Source: Promethearchaeia archaeon
GTDB taxonomy: Archaea; Asgardarchaeota; Lokiarchaeia; Sigyniarchaeales; SOKP01
DNA: 29,519 nucleotides
NCBI GenBank assembly: GCA_029856155.1
Contig: JAHQWL010000063.1
Span: forward strand, 1 to 29,519
Direction of reading: 5' to 3'
The position numbers were made by a program, and so were the translations under genes. The notes under the pieces are model-generated. The model was not told where the DNA came from. It searched no databases and saw only the letters and a program-made list of their open reading frames with translations. Shown one piece after another: positions 1-8,698 of this stretch. How positions within the stretch are numbered: the stretch's first letter is position 1; each line of letters begins with the position of its first letter.

Positions 1-7
1 TCATAGG

Positions 8-110
8 AATTTTCATTGAAATCAGAATCTGAATTTACATTTTGAGAATTTTATAATGAGAGCTTTTTATTATGAAGAATCATATAGTTATCATCATTCT
101 AGAAATTATA
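8..110. repeat. ~103-bp non-coding direct repeat, copy 1
   Basis: Aligns by eye with 1138-1240. The first 19 nt (aattttcattgaaatcaga) are identical, followed by shared blocks ctgaatttac, agaattt, aagaatcatata and attcta. Confidence 0.85.
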
Positions 111-285
111 AATTTTTTCTCTTTTTACAGTCCTATATTCTTATAAAGATTATTAGTTAATAGATTAAAAATATCTCTTATAAATAGTAAAAATAAGGAT
201 ATAAAGGAAAAATTCATTTCTTCTATAGTTATATTATATCTATCTTTAAATTTATTAACAATGTTATCTTTGAGCGTGAAAATAT

Positions 286-1101
286 TTGAATAGAAAATAT
301 TACGAAGCAAACAAAGAACTCTGGGATGAGTTTGCTAGGTTGCACTACGAAACAGAAAGTGAGGCTTATAGTGTAAAATCATTTTTAAAAGGAAAAACTA
401 CTTTAAAATCTTATGATTTGAAAGAAATGGGGGATGTAAACGGTAAATCATTGCTACATCTCCAATGCCACTTTGGTCTTGATACACTTTCTTGGGCAAG
501 GGAAGGAGCTATAGTTACAGGAATTGATATCTCCAGTGAAGGAATTCGATTAGCTAAATTATTAGCAAAGCAAACAATGCTTGAAGCTAATTTCATTGAA
601 TCGAATCTCTATGATTTGCCTAAGTTTCTATCTGATAAATTTGATATTGTATATACTTCAATTGGAGTACTTTGTTGGCTAGATGATCTGAAGGAATGGG
701 GAAGAATTATTAGTTCTTTCCTAAAATCAGGGGGATTCTTTTATATGGCTGAAAATCATCCATTTTCAATGATTTTTGACAATGAAACCAAGGATATCAA
801 AGATCTTCAAGTTTATTACAACTATTTCCACGATCCTAAACCAATGGAATTTATTGCAGATGGATCGTATGCTTTAGATGTTAAAATCGAACCAAAAAAA
901 GAATATGAATGGGTTCACAGTATGTCAGATATAATTAATTCACTAATTGAAGCGGGTTTGAGAATTGAATACCTAAATGAATATCCATTTGCTGTTTGGA
1001 AAGATTTTCCGTTTGTAGAACGTGGATCCGATGGATTTTTTCATTTAAAAAATCAAAAAGCCGAAATTCCTCTTTTGTTCACATTAAAGGCTGTAAAGTA
1101 G
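286..1101 (+). CDS. Class I SAM-dependent methyltransferase
   Basis: Motif I variant LLHLQCHFGLDTLSWAR, then VTGIDIS, FDIVYTS and LKSGGFF. TTG start. Confidence 0.9.
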   Translation: MNRKYYEANKELWDEFARLHYETESEAYSVKSFLKGKTTLKSYDLKEMGDVNGKSLLHLQCHFGLDTLSWAREGAIVTGIDISSEGIRLAKLLAKQTMLEANFIESNLYDLPKFLSDKFDIVYTSIGVLCWLDDLKEWGRIISSFLKSGGFFYMAENHPFSMIFDNETKDIKDLQVYYNYFHDPKPMEFIADGSYALDVKIEPKKEYEWVHSMSDIINSLIEAGLRIEYLNEYPFAVWKDFPFVERGSDGFFHLKNQKAEIPLLFTLKAVK

Positions 1102-1109
1102 CTTTAATG
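1082..1109 (+). terminator. Hairpin overlapping the methyltransferase stop codon, possible terminator
   Basis: CATTAAAG(G)CT...AGCTTTAATG: ~10-bp stem with one bulge. Confidence 0.3.
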
Positions 1110-1137
1110 GAAATGATATTTATAAATTTTTTCACTA

Positions 1138-1240
1138 AATTTTCATTGAAATCAGACGCTGAATTTACCTTTTAAGAATTTATAAGAAGATTTTTTCAAT
1201 AGTTAAGAATCATATATGTTGCATTATTCTATAAAATATA
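1138..1240. repeat. ~103-bp non-coding direct repeat, copy 2
   Basis: Copy of 8-110, offset by 1130 bp. Confidence 0.85.
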
Positions 1241-1262
1241 TCCTCTCTTGAAAGATATTCAA

Positions 1263-1850
1263 ATGAGTAGAATTAAGTTTAAATTTAGTGAATTGGAACT
1301 AAGAACTACAACTTTAATCCAGGTTACAATAGCAATAATAATTTCTCTACTTTTCCAGTTTGTAATTCCTTTTTCTTGGCAACCATTAGACACTTTTCTT
1401 TATGGTGTAAAACAACATGGAGATCCAGGAATAAATTTAGTTATTTTTACAATAAGTCAGTGGTATTTCTCATTTTCATTAGCATGGTTTATTTACCGTG
1501 ATAATCCATATATAAATAATTTTTTAATTTATTCGATTGTTCCACTGGGAATAATTTTCTTGTATGAATTTTTATTTTTATACTTCTATTATGATTATAT
1601 CCATGTAACCCCTTTCATACTTGATATTTATTTGATCTGGAAGAAAAGGGAAACACTTTCTCAAAAATTTGGTATATATATTATTGTATTGAATATTAGT
1701 TGGTTAATTATAGTATATTTCTTAAAATTGGCATACTATAATGAAGATTTATTAGTCTTCATAAGAAATATCTTAATATATTCAGTTTTATGGATTTTAT
1801 TATCATTTCTGTTTAGAGCTGAAAAAATGGATGAAAATAACATTATTTAA
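1263..1850 (+). CDS. Polytopic membrane protein of unknown function (~6 TM)
   Basis: Several hydrophobic segments separated by short polar loops. ATG 1263 preferred; alternative TTG at 1248. Confidence 0.75.
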   Translation: MSRIKFKFSELELRTTTLIQVTIAIIISLLFQFVIPFSWQPLDTFLYGVKQHGDPGINLVIFTISQWYFSFSLAWFIYRDNPYINNFLIYSIVPLGIIFLYEFLFLYFYYDYIHVTPFILDIYLIWKKRETLSQKFGIYIIVLNISWLIIVYFLKLAYYNEDLLVFIRNILIYSVLWILLSFLFRAEKMDENNII

Positions 1851-2001
1851 TAGGTGTATTACAATATGGACAAATATCTATATTACCATTGATTTTTTCT
1901 CCACAAGCAAAACAGACTAAATTATCAACTCCATATAATATCTTTTCTTCATCTTTCTCAGGAATGTTGTCTTTCGATTCACTTAAATTTTTATTAGACA
2001 T
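1843..2001 (-). CDS. Small zinc-ribbon protein, 52 aa (absent from the ORF track)
   Basis: Manual translation: MSNKNLSESKDNIPEKDEEKILYGVDNLVCFACGEKINGNIDICPYCNTPIK*, containing CxxC-x10-CxxC. Confidence 0.85.
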   Translation of the reverse strand: MSNKNLSESKDNIPEKDEEKILYGVDNLVCFACGEKINGNIDICPYCNTPIK

Positions 2002-2167
2002 TGTTTTAATTTGAAATAGGATTGAAATTAAATATAGTATTAACTAGAATGTTTAATAAAAAAGTGGAGTCCGATCTTTAAGACATGATAAAGATAACAA
2101 AATTTAAGAGTTTGAAATTATTTATTTATTCATAATAAAATTATAAAATCGAGAAGATTAAAAGAAA

Positions 2168-2374
2168 ATGCCCGGTTCTCATGGTTCTTTAACAAAAGCA
2201 GGAAAAGTTAAAATGCAAACTCCTAAAATTGATCGGACTGGAGTAAATGCTAAAAAGAAAAAACCTCCAAGAATGCGATTCCGAGAATTATATGTGACGA
2301 GAATTGTAAAAGGTCGTTTTGGAGGTCAAAAAGACAGTCTTGGGGCTAAAAGGTCTCAATTTTCCAGAAAGTAA
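2168..2374 (+). CDS. rps30e: 30S ribosomal protein S30e (eS30)
   Basis: Signature HGSLTKAGKVKMQTPKI and KKKPPRMRFRELY; small and highly basic. Confidence 0.95.
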   Translation: MPGSHGSLTKAGKVKMQTPKIDRTGVNAKKKKPPRMRFRELYVTRIVKGRFGGQKDSLGAKRSQFSRK

Positions 2375-2387
2375 AAAAAATCTTATT

Positions 2388-4277
2388 CTAAGCATTTATT
2401 CCTAGCATTTGAAGTTGATTTCTTAATTTTTTGCTCTGTTTTAAATGAAAATCAGATTTTTCACGATTTTCTTCAAATGTATTATAGAAATCAACCATTA
2501 ATAAATTCCAGCGTATTCCCCTTTTCATATTGCTTATTTCTTTTAGAAATATTTGATTTTCAAGATTTATGAGCAGATAATATGCCCTTCGCGCATCCTT
2601 CTTATGATGAATATAAAATTCCGCCAATTCAAGCATTAAATCTGTCAAAACTTTAAGTATTTTCTTATTTTCAAAATTTAAACCAACTGTATCAAACGCT
2701 GCTTTCAAAAATTTCTGTGTTAGTGTAAGATTACCTCGTTTTTTATAGAAAATTGCACGCTGCAGAAAATATTTTAATTTCACTTTTAGACTATTATCTC
2801 CAATTAGGAACGAATTCTTAAAATTTATTTTAGCCCCATCAATATCATCTTGTTCTAAATGAATTAACCCAATGTAGAGATAAGCTGATCCCAAAAACTC
2901 TTCTTTTTTAAGTGAAATTTCTTCTTTTTCTAAAAAAGTTATTATAATTCCAAAATGATTTAAGGCATCTTGAAAATCCTTCCTTTTATAATAGGTAACT
3001 CCTAGTTTATAATGAATTTTTAGAATATAATCTATTGGAATATCTCCAGATTTTGCTACACCTAATGCATTTTGTAAATAATTAAGAGCTGTATCATCAT
3101 GATTTAAGAGTTTTGCGATTTTTCTTAATTTTAATAAGATCGCTACAACAATTTTGCGTTGTTGATTTTTGTTAAATACTATTAAAGCATCATTTAGAAT
3201 ATTAGCTGCTTCTTCAAATCTATAGTTTTTTATTAATTCTTCAGCTTCAGTATATTGATTTATTGATTCAATTACTTCAAAATTAGTTGGTGGTTTATTG
3301 AATAAGTCATTATGAATATTGAATAATTCTTTTGTTATTACACTTTCATAACTTAATGCGGAGAAAGGGAAATTATTGTGATCTTCTATGAAATTCTGAT
3401 TACCATAGATGAGCTCTTTAACTGGTCGAAAATTAATAAATTCAGTTTGGTTTAAATTTCCTTTTTGAATGATTTCTACTAGAGAATTTAAAATGATGCG
3501 TGTAAATTGAATCCAATTTTCAACAAATGATTCTAATCTAAACTCGGGATTATCTTTAAATAATTGATTTAAAATATATGGTGAATAACTATCAAATAAT
3601 CCTCTAAGATGAATTTTATTATATTCTAAATCTTTGAAATACGTGAAGTAGCCTTTTTCTAAAATAAAAAACTCGTTTAAAGTGCTTTCATTTGAAAAGA
3701 GTAAAGTTTCAGAGGTTCTAAGCTTAGGAATTCCATATTTTAGCTCCCAAGGTATTTTAAAGCTAGGCACTAATCCTTTATTTTGAAGGGATTCTACAAT
3801 TTTATTTAAATCTATATCAGAAAAGTCTTTAATTCTGTCTCTTTTATTCATCAGAGAAATTCGTATACGATTTAACCATGAATTTTCTTTTTCATTGCTA
3901 ATAAGTTCTGGAATAACCAAATTTAATAGATCACTAATCTGCTGCTTTTTATCTTGTAAATGGAAATCATGTTCAAGAGTTAAAGATATTGCCAAATTTC
4001 TCAATGCTTTCATAAGATAAAGAATTACACTATAAGTATCCTTTTCTAAATTCCAAAATTGAAATGCCAATGAGACGCGAAAACTGACAACTTCAAATGG
4101 GATATTAATTCTTATTGGTAGAGTTATAGGAAATCTAATGGTAAATAGGATTAGTTTCTTCTTTTTTAAGCTATAACGAAAATAATTTTCAATAGTGCCT
4201 TCTATCTTCCATCCATTTTTTTCTATGAATTCTCTTAAATTTTTTATCTCATTTAATGAAAGAGGATTAATTGACAT
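2388..4277 (-). CDS. TPR-repeat protein with an unknown N-terminal alpha/beta region
   Basis: C-terminal TPR-like units: YTEAEELIKNYRFEEAANILNDAL, IHYKLGVTYYKRKDFQDALNHF, AYLYIGLIHLEQDDIDGAKINF. Confidence 0.8.
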   Translation of the reverse strand: MSINPLSLNEIKNLREFIEKNGWKIEGTIENYFRYSLKKKKLILFTIRFPITLPIRINIPFEVVSFRVSLAFQFWNLEKDTYSVILYLMKALRNLAISLTLEHDFHLQDKKQQISDLLNLVIPELISNEKENSWLNRIRISLMNKRDRIKDFSDIDLNKIVESLQNKGLVPSFKIPWELKYGIPKLRTSETLLFSNESTLNEFFILEKGYFTYFKDLEYNKIHLRGLFDSYSPYILNQLFKDNPEFRLESFVENWIQFTRIILNSLVEIIQKGNLNQTEFINFRPVKELIYGNQNFIEDHNNFPFSALSYESVITKELFNIHNDLFNKPPTNFEVIESINQYTEAEELIKNYRFEEAANILNDALIVFNKNQQRKIVVAILLKLRKIAKLLNHDDTALNYLQNALGVAKSGDIPIDYILKIHYKLGVTYYKRKDFQDALNHFGIIITFLEKEEISLKKEEFLGSAYLYIGLIHLEQDDIDGAKINFKNSFLIGDNSLKVKLKYFLQRAIFYKKRGNLTLTQKFLKAAFDTVGLNFENKKILKVLTDLMLELAEFYIHHKKDARRAYYLLINLENQIFLKEISNMKRGIRWNLLMVDFYNTFEENREKSDFHLKQSKKLRNQLQMLGINA

Positions 4278-4442
4278 AAACCAATTGCTCTTAAGTAGTT
4301 ATTGTTCTCAGAGATATAATATAGTCTTATATAACTAGTAGTGATTTTAAATATTAAATTTTGTATCACATTCGAATAAAGATTTTATATTAGAATTTAT
4401 TTGTAAACATTGTATCTCAAGGAAGAAAAAAAAGATTCTCTC

Positions 4443-5132
4443 ATGGACATTACACAATTTAATAAAGAGCTTGGAATTAAAATCGCAATAGCCAAAAGAT
4501 TTGAAAAAAAAGGTGATATTAAAGCTGCAATCCAAGAATGGATAGACATATCTGAGATGGCACTGAATTTTTCAAAATCTCCGAAAATAGACGCTTCATT
4601 TAAGAATATGATTATAAATCGAACTAAAGGGATTTTTATACATATCAAAGAGTTAAAAGCGGGGCAAATTAAAGAACAAATAACAAGGGAGGAATTAGAA
4701 TATATAGAAGAAGAACCTAGTCCAGAAATATCACAAGAAAAGGTTCTAGGCATGGACACAATTATGCAAGAGAAACAAGTAAATCAAAATTCCATTTTAA
4801 ATTCAACGGTTAACAGTGAATCGAAGATAATTGAAGATTCTGAATTTAAAGATATACCAAAAGGATTTAAAGAAATTCAACCATCAGAAGACTTTAGAAT
4901 AATAACTCCTCATGATAAAGATTTTGTTGAAAAACAACGCGGCAAAGCAGAAGAAAGTGTTATGTTCGGACCAAAAAAACAAGCACCTTCAGAAAAAGTT
5001 ACTAAACCAGCTGATAGGATAGATCTTGAGCAACCTAAAGATGGTAAAAGTCTTATTTGTTTTGCATGTGGTTATGATAAAAATGAGCTAAATGATAAAG
5101 TCTGCAAGAATTGTGGAACAGAACTGAATTAG
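4443..5132 (+). CDS. MIT-like domain + low-complexity linker + C-terminal zinc ribbon
   Basis: N-terminal three-helix pattern (AIAKRFEKKGDIKAAIQEW...FKNMIINRTKGIFIHIKELK) fits the MIT consensus. C-terminus is CFAC-x11-CKNC. ATG 4443 preferred over TTG 4410. Confidence 0.7.
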   Translation: MDITQFNKELGIKIAIAKRFEKKGDIKAAIQEWIDISEMALNFSKSPKIDASFKNMIINRTKGIFIHIKELKAGQIKEQITREELEYIEEEPSPEISQEKVLGMDTIMQEKQVNQNSILNSTVNSESKIIEDSEFKDIPKGFKEIQPSEDFRIITPHDKDFVEKQRGKAEESVMFGPKKQAPSEKVTKPADRIDLEQPKDGKSLICFACGYDKNELNDKVCKNCGTELN

Positions 5133-5815
5133 AAATTCTCAAATTTATTCATGTCTACAAATTTGAAAACTCCAAACCGTTCTGATCTCCTTCTTTTCAA
5201 TGCGTATTCCCAACCCATTCTGGTATCTTTTAAACATAGTTGGGTTCTATATCCTTTCATTAATTCATAAAGCTTATTTCGGTATTGTTCCACTTTTATT
5301 TTGATTTGGTTTTCTTTTGGAGCCTTTAAAACATTATACAAGGCATAAACATAGAATTCAGCATTTTTTAAATTAATTTCTTTAGCTGCTCTTTTAGCTA
5401 TAGTATGAGTAGCTTGATGATCTACATGATTATTGTTATCACTTGAGAGAACAATCCTGTCTGCATCTTTTATTATTTCTTTTGCTAAAGTCACTCCATA
5501 TTCAATATGATTCATAGCTCCTTGGTCATGAAATTTAAATAAATACACATTCTTCTTTGAAAATCCAAAATCTCTTGATACTTGTTCCGCTTCTTTTAAA
5601 GCAATTTTTGCAATTTCTTCTTCACTAAGATTCATAAATTCTTTTGCTTCTTCTTGGAGGAGTTGATCTTCTTTTAAGCCCCATTTGATTAAAACCCGAT
5701 TATCAGTAACATATACAATATGAATTTCATGTCCTTCATCCATCCATTTTAAGATGCTACCACCGCATCCAAAAATTTCATCATCGGGATGGGGTGCAAA
5801 AACAACAATTTTCAT
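5129..5815 (-). CDS. PIG-L/LmbE family N-acetyl deacetylase
   Basis: Zinc-binding motifs APHPDDE...GCGG and HVDHQ. Confidence 0.92.
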   Translation of the reverse strand: MKIVVFAPHPDDEIFGCGGSILKWMDEGHEIHIVYVTDNRVLIKWGLKEDQLLQEEAKEFMNLSEEEIAKIALKEAEQVSRDFGFSKKNVYLFKFHDQGAMNHIEYGVTLAKEIIKDADRIVLSSDNNNHVDHQATHTIAKRAAKEINLKNAEFYVYALYNVLKAPKENQIKIKVEQYRNKLYELMKGYRTQLCLKDTRMGWEYALKRRRSERFGVFKFVDMNKFENF

Positions 5816-6369
5816 GGTTTTTTATTTCTATATGAACTTTTAAGCTTATTATATTTTTCAATAGCCAGATCTCGCCAAACAGTATTCCATTTTTTAAATC
5901 CTGATTTCACATACTTTTCTCTTCTAAAAATATCATAGCAAACCCAATTAAACAATACAAAGAATCGTTTGGCTCCACTTTTCTTAGTTAAACTTTTTGA
6001 TCTCACTCCTAAATCATTTCGAAGGTGCTCAATTAGTCTCCCTTCAACAGCATCCTGCAATCTCCCTTCGACTATAGTATCATCATAATTAATCCCTTCG
6101 TCTAAAAAGTAAGTCCTTACTTGATCAAAAATGTTACCTCTACAAATTTCTACTTTTTCAGTATGATTTTGAAAATTTAATTCTTTTAATCCCTCTTGTA
6201 CAAGTTCAACAACAACCTCGAATGGCTTTTTGTTTTTCCAGTTTTCGCCTTGAAAAAGTTGAACGGGTAATGTTTTAAAAACTAATTCTCCAGTATCTTT
6301 TCTTAATAATCCTATAAATGCATCTCCTACTAAATCTCCTGTTCCTGCATCATCAATTTCAATTGTCAT
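5812..6369 (-). CDS. Conserved hypothetical protein, possible RNase H-like fold
   Basis: N-terminal IEIDDAGTGDLVG resembles RNase HII GxDEAGRGxxxG. ATGA overlap with the deacetylase gene. Confidence 0.6.
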   Translation of the reverse strand: MTIEIDDAGTGDLVGDAFIGLLRKDTGELVFKTLPVQLFQGENWKNKKPFEVVVELVQEGLKELNFQNHTEKVEICRGNIFDQVRTYFLDEGINYDDTIVEGRLQDAVEGRLIEHLRNDLGVRSKSLTKKSGAKRFFVLFNWVCYDIFRREKYVKSGFKKWNTVWRDLAIEKYNKLKSSYRNKKP

Positions 6370-6516
6370 TATTTATTGTGGTTTAATATTCTTATTTATA
6401 GAACAATATAAAATTAATAGTACCTAATTTTATTAAATTAGACTTTAAAGAAAGATTTAATGAAATTAGTTAATTAATTCAATATAAATATTTTTTAATT
6501 TTTTTAAGGATTTACT

Positions 6517-7311
6517 TTGAAAGTTGAACTCTTGATTATTGGAAATGAAATCCTTATTGGAAAGACTCAAGACACAAATTCTAATTGGATGGCAAAAAGA
6601 ATTACGAAGTATGGACATCATGTCAAAAGGATTACCACTATCGGAGATGAATTAGAGACAATCTCGAATACAATTCAAAAAATATTAGACCGCAAACCTG
6701 ATATAATTATAACTTCTGGCGGTCTTGGGCCTACTTTTGATGATATGACATTAGTAGCTATCGCTTCTGGTTTAAAGCGGAAACTCGAGTTAAATAAACG
6801 TGCCTATAATTCTATTAAAAAAGTGTATGACCGCGCTTATAAAAAAGGATTGTTACAACTCGAAGGTATGACTAAAGAACGAGAAAAGATGGCCTATCTT
6901 CCTCAAGACTCTACTCCTTTACCCAATACAGTAGGTACGGCTCCAGGAGTTAAGATTAATGAAAGAAATTCAACGATTTTCATACTTCCTGGCGTCCCAG
7001 CTGAATTGAAAGCAATGTTTAGAAATATAATCGTACCCATTTTAAAAGAAAAGAAAGGAAATTTCATTGAAAAAGGATTTCTTTTTTCAGGTATTGGGGA
7101 AAGTCAGATTGCAGCATATACAAATAAGTTAGAAAAAAAATACCCTCAGTTGTGGATCAAAACTCACCCGAAGATCGGACTATCGGTTCAAGTTGAGGTT
7201 TCAATTACCGCTTTTAATGTTGAAGATGGAGAAGAGTTAGTTGATAAAGCTTTAAATGAAATTAGAGAAATAGTTACAAAACTTAATGGTAAAATAAAGG
7301 AAAGAGAATAA
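6517..7311 (+). CDS. CinA-N/COG1058 molybdopterin-binding-domain protein (ADP-ribose/FAD pyrophosphatase-like)
   Basis: IGNEILIGKTQDTNS, SGGLGPTFDDMT, NTVGTAPG, LPGVPAEL; no PncC domain. Confidence 0.88.
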   Translation: MKVELLIIGNEILIGKTQDTNSNWMAKRITKYGHHVKRITTIGDELETISNTIQKILDRKPDIIITSGGLGPTFDDMTLVAIASGLKRKLELNKRAYNSIKKVYDRAYKKGLLQLEGMTKEREKMAYLPQDSTPLPNTVGTAPGVKINERNSTIFILPGVPAELKAMFRNIIVPILKEKKGNFIEKGFLFSGIGESQIAAYTNKLEKKYPQLWIKTHPKIGLSVQVEVSITAFNVEDGEELVDKALNEIREIVTKLNGKIKERE

Positions 7312-7321
7312 CGCTAATTTT

Positions 7322-7343
7322 GATGCCACTTCGCAGGTGGATC
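7322..7343. terminator. Small GC-rich hairpin between convergent genes
   Basis: GAT(G)CCAC-TTCGCAG-GTGG-ATC. Confidence 0.35.
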
Positions 7344-7390
7344 TTTCAATAAGCAACCATATGAAATGTTTAAGCTTATATCATCAACAT
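7343..7390 (-). promoter_or_regulatory. Eukaryote-like SECIS element in the selD 3' UTR
   Basis: Minus strand reads AUGA-U-AUAAGC-[UUAAACAUUUCAUAUGGUU]-GCUUAU-U-GA-A: AUGA/GA core, perfect 6-bp helix and an AAA-containing apical region. It begins just after the stop of a gene with an in-frame UGA. Confidence 0.85.
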
Positions 7391-7392
7391 CT

Positions 7393-8418
7393 TTAAATAT
7401 TCGTAATTTCAAGATTTTGGACATTTTTTGAGACTCTGACTAGTCCTGGCTGAACTTTATCTATTTTTCCAATAATCCAGTTAGAAATTTTATTACTTGT
7501 AAGTGCATTAGTAAAGTCTTCTACTTTAGCATTATCAATAGCAATAAGCATGCCACCAGCAGTCTCATGACAATAACAATCATCAAAAGCATATCCTAAC
7601 TCATGAGATAATTGTTCAGACAATTTTATTGATGGAATAGTCTCAATTATTGCAGAGAGATCAGAATTCTGAAGCATTTCAGCAGTATGGCCCGCCAAAC
7701 CAAATCCAGTAATATCACTTAACGCATGGATAAATGAAAAATCTTCATAAGAGTGTATCGTTTTTACAACATTTTGATTTGGAGTAGTCATTATTTTTAT
7801 AGCAAGATCGATGGAGTTTTGGAGTTCCTCTTTAGAATAATGTTCAAGCATTTCTGGAAAATCCTTAAGAAGCCTATATGAGGCCATGATTGCTTGTAAT
7901 CCTATCGGTTTGGTTAAAATTAATTTATCTCCTCTCTTTACTCCTTGTTTTCGAATAATTGAATCTTTATGTACATATCCAGAAGCTTCACCGCCCATTA
8001 ATGGCCATTCGCTATAAATCGTGTGCCCCCCGACCACTTTAGAATTTATCTTCTCTTCCACAAAATATTTTATACCTTTTAGAATCCCTTCAGCAATTTC
8101 TATTGGAGTTCTAGTACTTATGGCTAAGAATATAAGCATTCCTGAGATCTCAGGCACATTCATCGCAAATATGTCGTTTGTTACATTACATGCAGCAATT
8201 TTACCCTGAATTTCGGGTTCATCTATAATAGGTGTAAATATATCGATATTTTTAACAAGAACCAAGTCACTATGAGGTATTGGAATAATAGCAGCATCCT
8301 CACTGGCTCTAGCGAGTCCTACATTAGTTAATAAAGTATTTAGATCTTTTTGTCCAAGTTTACAGCTTCATCCGTGTATCTTTACATCTTTGGTAAGTCT
8401 ATAATCTGACCTTTCCAT
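7393..8418 (-). CDS. selD: Selenophosphate synthetase, selenoprotein (Sec17), 341 aa
   Basis: ATG 8418 gives MERSDYRLTKDVKIHG-U(TGA 8368-8370)-SCKLGQ...SEDAAII, continuing in frame into the track ORF. Motifs DIFTPI, NVTNDIFAM, GGHT, LTKPIG, DITGFGLAGH, ETAGGML. Confidence 0.96.
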
Positions 8419-8420
8419 TT

Positions 8421-8427
8421 TCACCTC
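8421..8427 (-). promoter_or_regulatory. Shine-Dalgarno-like GAGGTGA upstream of selD
   Basis: Lies immediately upstream of ATG 8418 (short spacing) and supports the extended start. Confidence 0.65.
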
Positions 8428-8698
8428 ACAACTATTCTCTTTTTTATTTAGATATTTCCCAATAAGAAGGCAATTGAAGAAATTTAAATTACTTATTAAT
8501 TTTTTCGAAACAATCTATTAAAAAGATCGATAGATAAAAAAATTTTAATTGATTTTGCTAGAACTAAAAAGAAGAGATGAATATATTAATTTTTTCCAAA
8601 TATTTTATTTAAATTTTCAATAAGTGAATCTAATTAAAAATAAATGTCCAAAATAACTTTATGAGATAATTTAAAGGTTTCAAATATAATTCGAAATA

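Noticed and set aside
125-310. 61-aa minus-strand ORF
   Set aside because: Low-complexity AT-rich translation, overlaps the methyltransferase start, and has no motif.
2002-2167. Possible ubiquitin-like fusion upstream of S30e, as in animal FAU
   Set aside because: No plausible upstream coding extension; S30e starts at its own ATG.
8368-8370. selD as a nonsense pseudogene
   Set aside because: The TGA sits exactly at the catalytic Cys/Sec position and a SECIS-like element follows the gene.
8494-8600. TATTAATTTTTTC(G/C)AAA repeated 90 bp apart upstream of selD
   Set aside because: Nearly all A/T in an extremely AT-rich spacer; plausibly chance.
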